Below are positions 1 to 8,653 of a stretch of 64,000 nucleotides of DNA, piece by piece; the stretch's first letter is position 1; each line of letters opens with the position of its first letter. This DNA comes from Spirulina sp. (GTDB taxonomy: Bacteria > Cyanobacteriota > Cyanobacteriia > Phormidesmidales > Phormidesmidaceae). The notes beneath the pieces are model-generated. The model was not told where the DNA came from. It saw only the letters and a program-made list of their open reading frames with translations, and did not search any database. Location of the stretch: the NCBI GenBank assembly GCA_044070495.1, contig JBIPSI010000016.1, positions 64,001 through 128,000 of the forward strand, in the 5' to 3' direction. The translations under genes and the position numbers were made by a program.

Positions 1-1149
1 GCCATGTCGAGAAAGCTGATTTTCCTCGATGAGTTGAACAACCTGCTTAGGATCAAGGCGTTCTCCTCGCTCCAGCTTGAGCATGATTTCATAGAATGGA
101 TCGACAGATAGGTTGCCAACAATTTGATACTTACGCTTTAAGAGCCTGAAATGAAAAGCCCTTGCAATCTTGGCTGTATCAAGAAGTTCTTTGCCTTCAA
201 GCCAGTGAATATCAGCTTCGTTAATCTCCGAACCTGAATCCATGCCCTGAAGTATTCTAAATAGTCTGTCATCAGGTTCAGCATTTGGATATTGATTTGC
301 TTGATATTTATCTTTTAAATCTTTGAAAAGCTGGATTTCTCTGCGGCGATGATTGATCTCTAGTAATGTATATAATCGTCGATCTTGAAGCCAGTTACAT
401 TCGCTACCACTTAATACCTCCCCTTGATCTATTTTTTTCAAAATAGGATAAAGAAAGCTAGAATGTAATTTCTCCGGGAATGAGTATAGATCATATTTTT
501 TCTTTAAATTAGAAAATTCTTCAATAGTCTTCTTTTCCTGTTCTTGATGCCAATAAATTTGTAGTGTTGCTTGAAATTCATGATCAGACAGCCAATCTTC
601 TTCATCCGAGGATAGACTATCCTTCGTCGCCAGCTTCTTCAGGATTGAATAAAGAGGCTCTTCAGGAAAAATCCCAATGTGCTGAGTAGCTTTATAGGAG
701 AGCTTCAGCTTCTTGAAGATTGATGCATTCTGAATGAGGGAAACTGTTTCTAATAGATTCTTATTTTGAAGAAAATTAACTTCTGATTTTCCAGGAGTCT
801 CGCCAGATTCTACTCTCCAAAGAATAGAATAAACTGAACTAGAGGGAGGAAAATCAATCTCCTCTGGGATTTTAAATTTGCATTTTAAGCTTAGCAATTC
901 AGCTTCTAGACGCTCTTGTTCTAATGACTGATATTCCTGTAGCGCAATCATTTCAGTCGTTGCAAGAAGACCGTTTTTAAGCATCCATCGCTTTTCCAAC
1001 TTTGTAATCTTGAGGCCTAGTTCGGCTTTCCTTAGTACAAAATATAGAAAATTGCTAGAAGCAGTAGCATGATCAGTATTAAAGGGGCTAACCTGATATT
1101 TCTTTTTCAGGGCAGAAAAATGCTTATTCCGCAGCTCACCATGATCCAT
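1..1149 (-). CDS. Hypothetical helical-repeat protein, 3'-truncated by the window edge
   Basis: Manual translation from ATG at 1149 is open to position 1 (MDHGELRNKHFSALKKKYQ...). It has about six ~55-aa repeats of the form FxxLKxKY...LYxILxK...LxxxExxWLxxxxL. AT-rich. Not in the ORF track because its stop lies outside the window. Confidence 0.8.
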   Translation of the reverse strand, partial: MDHGELRNKHFSALKKKYQVSPFNTDHATASSNFLYFVLRKAELGLKITKLEKRWMLKNGLLATTEMIALQEYQSLEQERLEAELLSLKCKFKIPEEIDFPPSSSVYSILWRVESGETPGKSEVNFLQNKNLLETVSLIQNASIFKKLKLSYKATQHIGIFPEEPLYSILKKLATKDSLSSDEEDWLSDHEFQATLQIYWHQEQEKKTIEEFSNLKKKYDLYSFPEKLHSSFLYPILKKIDQGEVLSGSECNWLQDRRLYTLLEINHRRREIQLFKDLKDKYQANQYPNAEPDDRLFRILQGMDSGSEINEADIHWLEGKELLDTAKIARAFHFRLLKRKYQIVGNLSVDPFYEIMLKLERGERLDPKQVVQLIEENQLSRHG

Positions 1150-1225
1150 AGGGGAGATTCATCAATCCTTCAGTACATTAGGCTAGAGTACCCACAAAGT
1201 ACTGAAGGATCGACAAGCTAGCCAC

Positions 1226-1306
1226 AGACACTCCTGACCGCTAAGCTGGATGGCCCAATCTAGTTCCAAGGACTAGACCTCCAGCTTTAGCGATCAAGAG
1301 TGTCTA
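1226..1306. terminator. Long imperfect hairpin downstream of argZ
   Basis: agacactcctgaccgctaagctgga ... tccagctttagcgatcaagagtgtct. A second stem, tccttcagtac/gtactgaagga, lies at ~1166-1210. Confidence 0.45.
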
Positions 1307-1316
1307 CTGAGGATCG

Positions 1317-3425
1317 CTAGGCCACCACATGGGGCTGAGTTAGCCGATCCAGTTGCTTCACCAGCAGGCTGAGGAACAGACCCACATCGGTGACCACCCC
1401 GGTGGATTCGAGGGAACCCCGGTCGGCCAGTTTGGTGACGACGGCGGGGTTGATGTCTACGCAGACCATCTTGACGCCAGCGGGGGTCATGTTACCCACG
1501 CCGATGGAGTGGAGCATGGTGGAGAACATCAGGATCATGTCGCAGCCTTCGATCAGGCGGGCGTAGTCGGATTGGGCTTCAATTAAGTCCATTTTGGTGT
1601 CGGGCAGGGGGCCGTCGTCGCGGATGGAACCCGCTAGGGAGAAGGGCACATTGTGCTTAACACATTCGTAGAACACGCCCTTGGTGAGGACGCCCTGCTC
1701 TACGGCGTTGGCAATGCTGCCGCAGCGGCGGATGCTGTTGATCGCCCGCAGGTGGTGACGGTGCCCCCCCCGCACCGATGTTCCCTGTTTCATATCGACA
1801 CCGAGGGAGGTACCCAGCATGGCCTGTTCGATGTCGTGGACGGCGATGGCGTTGCCACCGAGGAGACCCTGAACATAGCCCTCACGGATCAGGCGAGACA
1901 GGTGTTCGCCGCCCCCGGTGTGGATGACGACAGGGCCAGCCACCACGACGGCCTTGCCACCCTGATCCCGCAGACGGCGCAGTTCCCAGGCCACCTGTTC
2001 CACAATCAGTTCCACCCGCCGTTCGCTGGAGACGCCGGAACCCATGAAGCTGAATTCTTCCTGCTGGTGGGCGGTGCGGCTACGGTCGGCGGCACTGCGT
2101 ACACTGCGAATGCCGTCGTAGCCAACGATCACCTGATCGCCCACTTCTAAATCGCGCAGCAGCTTGCACACGGCGCTGGGCTGGGGCACGCAGTGAACCA
2201 CAATCACGCCGTCCATGCGCTGGTTCTGCACCCGCACCCACTGGCCACAAATGCGAACTTCGGTGGGGTAGATGGTGGAGCTATAGAAATCGTCGGGGGC
2301 GACTCCGGCCTGGGTGATGGCCACCAAACGGGCATCGATTTCTTCATCTGGGGGAGCTACGGCACCGAGGTCGATGAGCTGGGCCATGATCTCATCCATC
2401 ACCTCCTGGCTGGGGGCGGAGACGCGGATGTCTGCGGTGGAGGTGCTTTGGCGCTGTTCGCCCAGGTCAAACTTGAGCACTTGGAAGCTGCCGCCGCCTT
2501 CCACCACGCGATCCAGCGCCCGGTTCACCAGGCCAGAATCCAGCAGGTGTCCGGTCATGGTGACGGTGCGGGAGATGATGCCGCCGAGGCCCGTGGGTTC
2601 GGGGTGGACGGGTTCGTTGACCCGCAGGGTGAGGCATTTGGCCGCGCCGCCTGCTTTGAGGAATTCGGTGAGGGGCGTTTCCACCACCTCAAAGCCCACC
2701 GCCGCCAGTTGGGCCTTCAGGTCGTCGCTGGCCTGGTTCATGATCACCGTCTGGCCGACGTTGACGGCGTTGCAGGCAAAGTTGATGGCATCGGGTTCAT
2801 CAATGGCGATGCGCTTTTCAGCGGGCACCCGCATTTCGATCAAACGGTTGGAGTAGGAATCGAACGCCGGGGGATAGTACAGCAAATAGCCGCCTGTGAG
2901 GGGACAGAAGCAGGTATCCAAATGATAGAAGCGCTCGTCCATTAGGTGCAGCGACAGCACCTCGATGCCTAGCCACTCCGCCACTAGGGCATGGGAATCC
3001 AGCTCGGTGCGGAAGCCGTAGCCCGCCCACAGCCAGCGGCCTTCTCGATCTAACAGGGCATCGCCAGCCCCTTCAAAGGGTAGGTCGGGGGGCAGAACGT
3101 GGACAGTGTGGCCCTGGGCCTCGAACCACTCTTTAAAGAAGGGCTCTTCGCCCTGGCGTTCGGGGTGCAAAAAGCGGCTCAGCACCACCTGATCCCCCAG
3201 AATCAGCCCCGCATTGGCGGTGAACACCATATCCGGCCAGCCCGGTTGAGGCTTGACCAAATCCACATTGGCCCGCTCGGAAATTTTTTGGTATAGCCCA
3301 TGCCATTGCTCCTGGGCGCGTTCCAGCGAAGACTTGTGAACGTTGCCCTCCATCCAGGGGTTAATCACATAGTCCACTTCGTAAAATTGAGGCGAACACA
3401 TCAGAAAGCGAAGGTCGGAAGTCAT
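1317..3425 (-). CDS. argZ: Bifunctional arginine dihydrolase / ornithine cyclodeaminase (ArgZ/AgrE)
   Basis: N-terminal amidinotransferase domain (YVINPWM, DMVFTAN, FEGAGD, YHLDTCF, GGAAKC) fused to a LOR/SDH-type C-terminal part (GHLLDSG, GGNAIAVHDIE, LHSIGVGNMTP); 702 aa. Confidence 0.93.
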   Translation of the reverse strand: MTSDLRFLMCSPQFYEVDYVINPWMEGNVHKSSLERAQEQWHGLYQKISERANVDLVKPQPGWPDMVFTANAGLILGDQVVLSRFLHPERQGEEPFFKEWFEAQGHTVHVLPPDLPFEGAGDALLDREGRWLWAGYGFRTELDSHALVAEWLGIEVLSLHLMDERFYHLDTCFCPLTGGYLLYYPPAFDSYSNRLIEMRVPAEKRIAIDEPDAINFACNAVNVGQTVIMNQASDDLKAQLAAVGFEVVETPLTEFLKAGGAAKCLTLRVNEPVHPEPTGLGGIISRTVTMTGHLLDSGLVNRALDRVVEGGGSFQVLKFDLGEQRQSTSTADIRVSAPSQEVMDEIMAQLIDLGAVAPPDEEIDARLVAITQAGVAPDDFYSSTIYPTEVRICGQWVRVQNQRMDGVIVVHCVPQPSAVCKLLRDLEVGDQVIVGYDGIRSVRSAADRSRTAHQQEEFSFMGSGVSSERRVELIVEQVAWELRRLRDQGGKAVVVAGPVVIHTGGGEHLSRLIREGYVQGLLGGNAIAVHDIEQAMLGTSLGVDMKQGTSVRGGHRHHLRAINSIRRCGSIANAVEQGVLTKGVFYECVKHNVPFSLAGSIRDDGPLPDTKMDLIEAQSDYARLIEGCDMILMFSTMLHSIGVGNMTPAGVKMVCVDINPAVVTKLADRGSLESTGVVTDVGLFLSLLVKQLDRLTQPHVVA

Positions 3426-3663
3426 AGGGGTGATGCTGAACTAGAACGAAGGACAGGCGGCGATTTGGTCACTGGGCTGGATCAGGGGCGGACGGCTATG
3501 GGCCGCAGCGCAGCCGCCTGATTCAGGAGATGTCCTCTCGCAAGGGAGGCAACATCATATTCTAGCCCTCTACTTCGGTGGTTCGCTGGCTTGTTGGCAA
3601 TCCCTAACATCGAGGGAACGGCGACTTGGCAATCCTCATCCCAGACCAGCCCCTAGCCTGGAA

Positions 3664-4713
3664 TTGAGGCGCGGGGTGTCAACAGCCGATAAGCTAGAAA
3701 CGGTTTTTGTTTCCGCTTGCCGAGGTGTTTTTGTGATTGCGTCCCCCCAGGGATCCTCGTCCCGCCTGCGATTTCGCCAAACCCCGCTGCGTTGGCTCTA
3801 TGCCCTCTGGAAATTTTGGCGACCCCATACCGTCATCGGCACCAGCCTCAGCGTGCTTGGCCTGACGGTGATTGTCTTGGCGGGGCTAGATGCCTCTCTG
3901 AGGCCACCACTGGGGGCACTTACTCCCCTGGTGGGGGTCGCCCTGCTGGCCTGCCTCTTGGGGAACCTCTATATCGTGGGACTCAACCAACTGGAAGACA
4001 TCGCCATTGACCGCATCAACAAGCCCCACTTGCCCCTGGCGGCGGGGGAATTTTCGGTGGGGGATGGCCGCTGGATTGTGGCCCTGGCGGGCCTAGGCTC
4101 CTTGGGTTTGGCGCTGGTTGGAGGGTTGTGGTTACTGGCCACGGTGGGGCTGAGCCTCGCCATCGGTACCGCCTACTCTCTACCGCCCCTGCGGCTAAAG
4201 CGGTTTCCCTTCTGGGCTTCCTTTTGCATTTTGGCGGTACGGGGGGCAGTGGTCAACCTGGGCCTGTTTTTGCACTTCAGCGAACGCCTAGGGCAACCCT
4301 TCGCCATCCCCGGTCGGGTGTGGGCCTTGACGGCGTTTATTCTGCTGTTTAGCATCGCCATCGCCTTATTTAAGGATATTCCCGACATCGAAGGCGACCG
4401 TCGCTACGGCATCCGAACCTTTTCGGTAGACCTCGGCCAGCGTCCGGTCTTCAACTTGGCCAGGGGCATTCTCACGGTCTGCTACCTGGGCGTTGTTTTC
4501 GCGGCCCCTTGGCTAGCGGGGGTGAACCCAATTTTCCTCATCGCCACCCACCTCCTGGCCCTCGCCGCCCTGTGGATCGCCAGCTTCCGCGTCGCCCCCC
4601 TCCATCCCAACAACCCCAGGGCCACCCTCTCCTACCCCAACTTCTACCAATTCATCTGGAAACTCTTCTTCCTGCAATACCTGATCTTCCCCCTAGCCTG
4701 CTGGCTCGCCTAA
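3664..4713 (+). CDS. hpt: Homogentisate phytyltransferase (UbiA family; tocopherol synthesis)
   Basis: FWRPHTVIGT, GLNQLEDIAIDRINKPHLPLAAGE, KDIPDIEGD, FYQFIWKLFF. The true start may be a later GTG (~3733). Confidence 0.9.
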   Translation: MRRGVSTADKLETVFVSACRGVFVIASPQGSSSRLRFRQTPLRWLYALWKFWRPHTVIGTSLSVLGLTVIVLAGLDASLRPPLGALTPLVGVALLACLLGNLYIVGLNQLEDIAIDRINKPHLPLAAGEFSVGDGRWIVALAGLGSLGLALVGGLWLLATVGLSLAIGTAYSLPPLRLKRFPFWASFCILAVRGAVVNLGLFLHFSERLGQPFAIPGRVWALTAFILLFSIAIALFKDIPDIEGDRRYGIRTFSVDLGQRPVFNLARGILTVCYLGVVFAAPWLAGVNPIFLIATHLLALAALWIASFRVAPLHPNNPRATLSYPNFYQFIWKLFFLQYLIFPLACWLA

Positions 4714-4768
4714 CCCCCACCCCTCACGCCCCCATCCCCACCCTCCCCACCATCCCCACCCTCCCCCC
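4714..4768 (+). repeat. C-rich short tandem repeat
   Basis: (ccccaccct/ccccaccat)n between hpt and the next gene. Confidence 0.6.
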
Positions 4769-5908
4769 ATGCCCATCTACGACTGCATCATCGTCGGCGC
4801 TGGCCCCGCCGGATCCACCGCTGCCTACCACCTCAGCCGTGCTGGCCATCGGGTGCTGCTCGTAGAAGCCGCTACCCTGCCCCGCTACAAGCCCTGCGGC
4901 GGTGGCGTATCGCCCCAAATTGCCGAATGGTTTGACTTCGACTTCACCCCGGCCATTTCCATCAAGGTGCGGAGGGTGCGCTACACCCTCAACCTGCAAG
5001 ACCCGGTGGAGGCCGAACTACCGGAGGAACGGGCGCTGTGGATGGTGCGGCGCGACCAGTTTGATCACTTCATCGTGCAGCAGGCCCAACGCCAAGGGGC
5101 TACCCTGTGGGACGGCACCAAGGCCAAGGGCATTGAATCTACGGGCGACACCTGGCGCGTTCTCACCAGCCAAGGCACCGTGGAAGGCAAGTTTCTGATC
5201 GCCGCCGATGGATCGCGGGGGTCGATGGCCAAGTGGCTAGGGTTTACCCAGCGTCGCTATCGCCTCGCCGCCGCCATTGAAATTGAGCCACGTCTAGCAG
5301 TGCCCAGCGAACCCGTCATTCATTTTGATTTGGGCCTGCTCAAACAGGGCTATCTGTGGAACTTTCCCAAGGCCGATGGCTACTCCATTGGCGGGGGGGT
5401 GTTTCGGTCGGGCGACCAGCGCAAACAAGACCTACGCGCCCCCGTGGCCGACTATGCCGCCGAATTTGAGGTGGATGCCAAGGCCGTACAACCCTTTGGC
5501 CACCCAATTTTTATTTGGGATGGGCCGCAACCCCTACATACCCACCGTGCCCTGCTGGCCGGGGAAGCCGCCTGTGTGGTGGATCCCTTCACCGCCGAGG
5601 GCATTCGGCCCTCCATCTTCAGCGGGATGAAGGCCGCCGAGGCCGTTTCCCAAGCCCTAGCAGGGGATGACCAAGCCCTGCCCCACTACAGCGACACCAT
5701 GAACCGCGAATGGGGCGAAGAGATGCGCTGGGCCAAACGCCTCGCCCAGGTGGTCTACCAAGCGCCAGGGCTGGCCTATCGCCTGGCGGTAAAACGGCCC
5801 TCCAGCACCCTCACCATGGCCCAAATTTTTGCGGGAGAAGTACGCTACGCCGACGTGGTTCACCGTGCCGTTCAGCGCTTGCTTCGCCCGTCGTTTATGG
5901 GGGATTGA
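4769..5908 (+). CDS. Geranylgeranyl reductase family FAD-dependent oxidoreductase
   Basis: YDCIIVGAGPAG, KPCGGG, IAADG, GEAACVVDPFTAEGI. Confidence 0.88.
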   Translation: MPIYDCIIVGAGPAGSTAAYHLSRAGHRVLLVEAATLPRYKPCGGGVSPQIAEWFDFDFTPAISIKVRRVRYTLNLQDPVEAELPEERALWMVRRDQFDHFIVQQAQRQGATLWDGTKAKGIESTGDTWRVLTSQGTVEGKFLIAADGSRGSMAKWLGFTQRRYRLAAAIEIEPRLAVPSEPVIHFDLGLLKQGYLWNFPKADGYSIGGGVFRSGDQRKQDLRAPVADYAAEFEVDAKAVQPFGHPIFIWDGPQPLHTHRALLAGEAACVVDPFTAEGIRPSIFSGMKAAEAVSQALAGDDQALPHYSDTMNREWGEEMRWAKRLAQVVYQAPGLAYRLAVKRPSSTLTMAQIFAGEVRYADVVHRAVQRLLRPSFMGD

Positions 5909-6014
5909 ACCCGAAAATTACTTTTATATTCAAAATAAAACCCTGGTGTGCGGCAAGATTATCGTAGACCTAGACCCGCCCCCAGATTTAGCCCTAGACA
6001 TTGACCTCAATAGC
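5901..6014 (+). pseudogene. Remnant of a Uma2-family endonuclease gene
   Basis: GIEPENYFYIQNKTLVCGKIIVDLDPPPDLALDIDL aligns with GIEPDNCFYIQNEALVRGKLTLDLDQDPPPDLALEIDL of the intact gene (~7995-8113). Confidence 0.85.
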
Positions 6015-6054
6015 ACATTCATTTTAATAGAAGAACAGCAGTCATGCGATAGCC

Positions 6055-6087
6055 AGAACCCCGGCTTCTTCGAGAAGCCGGGGTTCT
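6055..6087. repeat. Palindromic dispersed repeat
   Basis: agaaccccggcttcttcgagaagccggggttct; related copies at ~8382-8413 and ~16400-16430. Confidence 0.75.
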
Positions 6088-6095
6088 GGTGCAAA

Positions 6096-6753
6096 GTATA
6101 TAACTATTCCGAAATCAGCCTCTCGGCAGGGTGATCAGAATTAGAGATCCCAGGGTTCTTAAAGAACCCTGGGATCTGAGTTTCCAACTATTCCGAAATT
6201 AGTCCTTCGATAGGGAGTGGCTCAGGAATCACGGCAGATTGTGTTGGTCACTCCGTTTCCAACTATTCCGAAATTAGCCATTCGGTAGGGTTGCTTGCCA
6301 GTTCGCTTGGTATTGCTAACGGTGCAATTGCCCAAGTTTCCAACTATTCCGAAATTAGCCCTTCGGTAGGGCAGATCAGGCCAAGGTGCGCAAGCACTAC
6401 GGTATCACGTTGTTTCCAACTATTCCGAAATTAGCCCTTCGGTAGGGCTACTTCGTCATGCACGTCGTCTTGCTTACCTGACCTCAGGAGTTTCCAACTA
6501 TTCCGAAATTAGCCCTTCGGTAGGGGCTGAACAACAAACCTTGACAGGAGAACAGCAAAACAAGTTTCCAACTATTCCGAAATTAGCCATTCGGTAGGGG
6601 GTAAGAGCAAGGTATTAACGACTCTGGCAACTCCGAGTAGTTCCCAACTATTCCGAAATTAGCCCTTCGGTAGGGACCTGATGCTAACGCGACCAATATC
6701 CTTGGTCTTTTTGCTTGGTTTCCAACTATTCCGAAATTAGCCCTTCGGTAGGG
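6096..6753 (-). CRISPR. CRISPR array 1: 8 repeats plus 1 degenerate
   Basis: 36-nt repeat GTTTCCAACTATTCCGAAATTAGCCCTTCGGTAGGG (+ strand) at 6180, 6255, 6336, 6412, 6490, 6564, 6640, 6718; degenerate copy at 6096. Minus-strand orientation is inferred from the 3' TTGGAAAC end and left-end degeneracy. Confidence 0.97.
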
Positions 6754-6895
6754 GTTGAGAATGATTGGTTTGCCAGATCCCAGGGTTCTTCGAGAACCCT
6801 GGGATCTTCTATCCGCAAAATCTCGCTTCATCACAAAGCTGTGCCAGTGCCAGCGCTCTCTTCTATCATACAAAGCGTTCTTGCCTATCATCACC

Positions 6896-7600
6896 ATGGC
6901 TTGGCTTATCTCCCTGCTGGCCCAAACCCCACCCGCCAGCCAAATCGACCTTCTCACCCAGCAGATCGAATTTCTGCAAGATGCCAACTCGCGGATGGCC
7001 GATAGCTTTGGCCAATTCGTCACCCTGGTCAACGTAGCGATTACCCTGGTGGTGGCGTTTATCGGTATCTTGGGGTTCAGTACGCGCCGAGAAATTAAGC
7101 AATCTCTGGATGGCTTAGTGCGGGCCGAGGTGAAAAAGCAGTTGGCCAACACCGTTAAAGCCCAGGTTGAAGACTTGGAGCGCATTATTTTGCGCGAAGC
7201 CGTGGTGGGCCAAACCCAGGTCGATTACCTGCTGCCCATCAGCCCCAGCCCCACCCCCACCGCCGAATATCAACTGCTGAAGGCGAGGGGGTTTCAAATG
7301 GCCTGGATGCCCTACGACCCCGAACGTCGCTATGGCAACAGCCATGTCCTCATCCTCGATTTGCTCACCCCCGACCTCGCCCCAGAACGCCGGGAGGCTC
7401 TCATCACCGACCTCGGCCAACGGCTGCAACACCTCACGAGGCCGCCCGTTCTGGTCATCTATGTGCGGGGGCAGAGCCAAGCTATCACCGATCTCCCCAA
7501 GGCGTTGTACTACATCCCCGTCAACAGCCGGGGCACCCTCCTAGGAGCCGTAACCGATGCGGCCCAGATTGCCTACGCCCTTCGCCAACCCGCCACCTAG
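6896..7600 (+). CDS. Membrane protein with C-terminal REC-like Rossmann domain; candidate Cam2/NARF-type type III effector
   Basis: Coiled segment, TM helix (FVTLVNVAITLVVAFIGILGF), coiled coil, then alternating beta/alpha elements (VDYLL, EYQLLKARGF, VLILDL, VLVIYVRG, YIPVNS). Lies between the two arrays. Start placed at ATG 6896. Confidence 0.65.
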   Translation: MAWLISLLAQTPPASQIDLLTQQIEFLQDANSRMADSFGQFVTLVNVAITLVVAFIGILGFSTRREIKQSLDGLVRAEVKKQLANTVKAQVEDLERIILREAVVGQTQVDYLLPISPSPTPTAEYQLLKARGFQMAWMPYDPERRYGNSHVLILDLLTPDLAPERREALITDLGQRLQHLTRPPVLVIYVRGQSQAITDLPKALYYIPVNSRGTLLGAVTDAAQIAYALRQPAT

Positions 7601-7709
7601 GGAACGGCGGTGGGGCGGGTGGCCAAGGAAGACCAGGACGGGAGGACTATCATAGGGGGTAGCACTGGCACCGCCCCCGACGGGCATTTCCAAGAGAGCG
7701 TATTTACCG

Positions 7710-8357
7710 ATGGTTACGATTCAACTTCGGCAATTAGAGGTACCCCCAGGGCAGCGTCTGGTGCTGCGCGATGTAAGCTGGGCCGAGTTTAATGCCATTT
7801 TGGCGGAATTGGGGGAGCAACGCAGCACCCGCATTGCCTACGACCACGGACTGTTAGAGATTATGGCCCCTTTACCCGAACACGAGTATTTTAAGGAAAC
7901 CATGGGTGATGCGGTTAAAGATATTAGTGAAGAACTAGATTTAGATTACGAAAGTTATGGGTCTACCACCTGGAGAAAGCAGGCGGCCCAGGCTGGCATA
8001 GAACCCGACAATTGCTTTTATATTCAAAACGAAGCCCTGGTACGCGGCAAACTTACCTTAGACCTAGACCAAGATCCACCCCCAGATTTAGCCCTAGAAA
8101 TTGATCTCACTAGCAAATCGATCCATCGGTTTTCGATCTATGCGCGGCTAGGCATACCCGAAATTTGGTGCTACGACCAAGGCCAACTGACGGTCTACCG
8201 TTTGCAATCTGGAGCCTATCAATCGGTGGCCCAAAGTCTGGTTTTTCCGATGCTTAAGGTACAGGAATTGCCCCACCTAATTGAAGCCCACCGCACCCAA
8301 GGACGGCTGGCCCTACGCCGAGCGGTGAGAGCCTGGGTGAGGGAGCAGATTCAATAA
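7710..8357 (+). CDS. Uma2 family (DUF820) endonuclease
   Basis: VSWAEF, LEIMAPLPEHE, IEPDNCFYIQN, PPPDLALEID, YARLGIPEIW. Confidence 0.9.
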   Translation: MVTIQLRQLEVPPGQRLVLRDVSWAEFNAILAELGEQRSTRIAYDHGLLEIMAPLPEHEYFKETMGDAVKDISEELDLDYESYGSTTWRKQAAQAGIEPDNCFYIQNEALVRGKLTLDLDQDPPPDLALEIDLTSKSIHRFSIYARLGIPEIWCYDQGQLTVYRLQSGAYQSVAQSLVFPMLKVQELPHLIEAHRTQGRLALRRAVRAWVREQIQ

Positions 8358-8431
8358 GAAAATAGCGATTATTCGACAGAAAGAACCCCGGTTTCCTGAA
8401 GAAACCGGGGCTTTAGTGCGAAGTATCCGAC

Positions 8432-8581
8432 TATAACGGTTCTCGATAGAGTGAGATACACCGTTGCTAGGTTCTAGATCCCCCCAGTACCTAGCTGTCT
8501 AAGTTTTACTCTATACCCCCCTTATCAAGGGGGGCAGGGGGGATCATCACAATGTACTTTACCCAAGTGACATCCGCTCTA
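8432..8581. mobile_element. MITE-like element inserted in the terminal CRISPR repeat
   Basis: Imperfect terminal inverted repeats tataacggttctcgatagagtgagataca / tgtactttacccaagtgacatccgctcta, internal ccccccttatcaagggggg hairpin. It splits a degenerate repeat: gtatccgacta | actattccgagaatagtccctcgttagg. Confidence 0.6.
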
Positions 8582-8653
8582 ACTATTCCGAGAATAGTCC
8601 CTCGTTAGGCGATTTCCAATTAAAGACACTGCATTTGACGGCGACACACTGTT

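Noticed and set aside
6755..6895. N-terminal extension of the 281-aa ORF
   Set aside because: Crosses a palindromic repeat; ATG 6896 is the more plausible start
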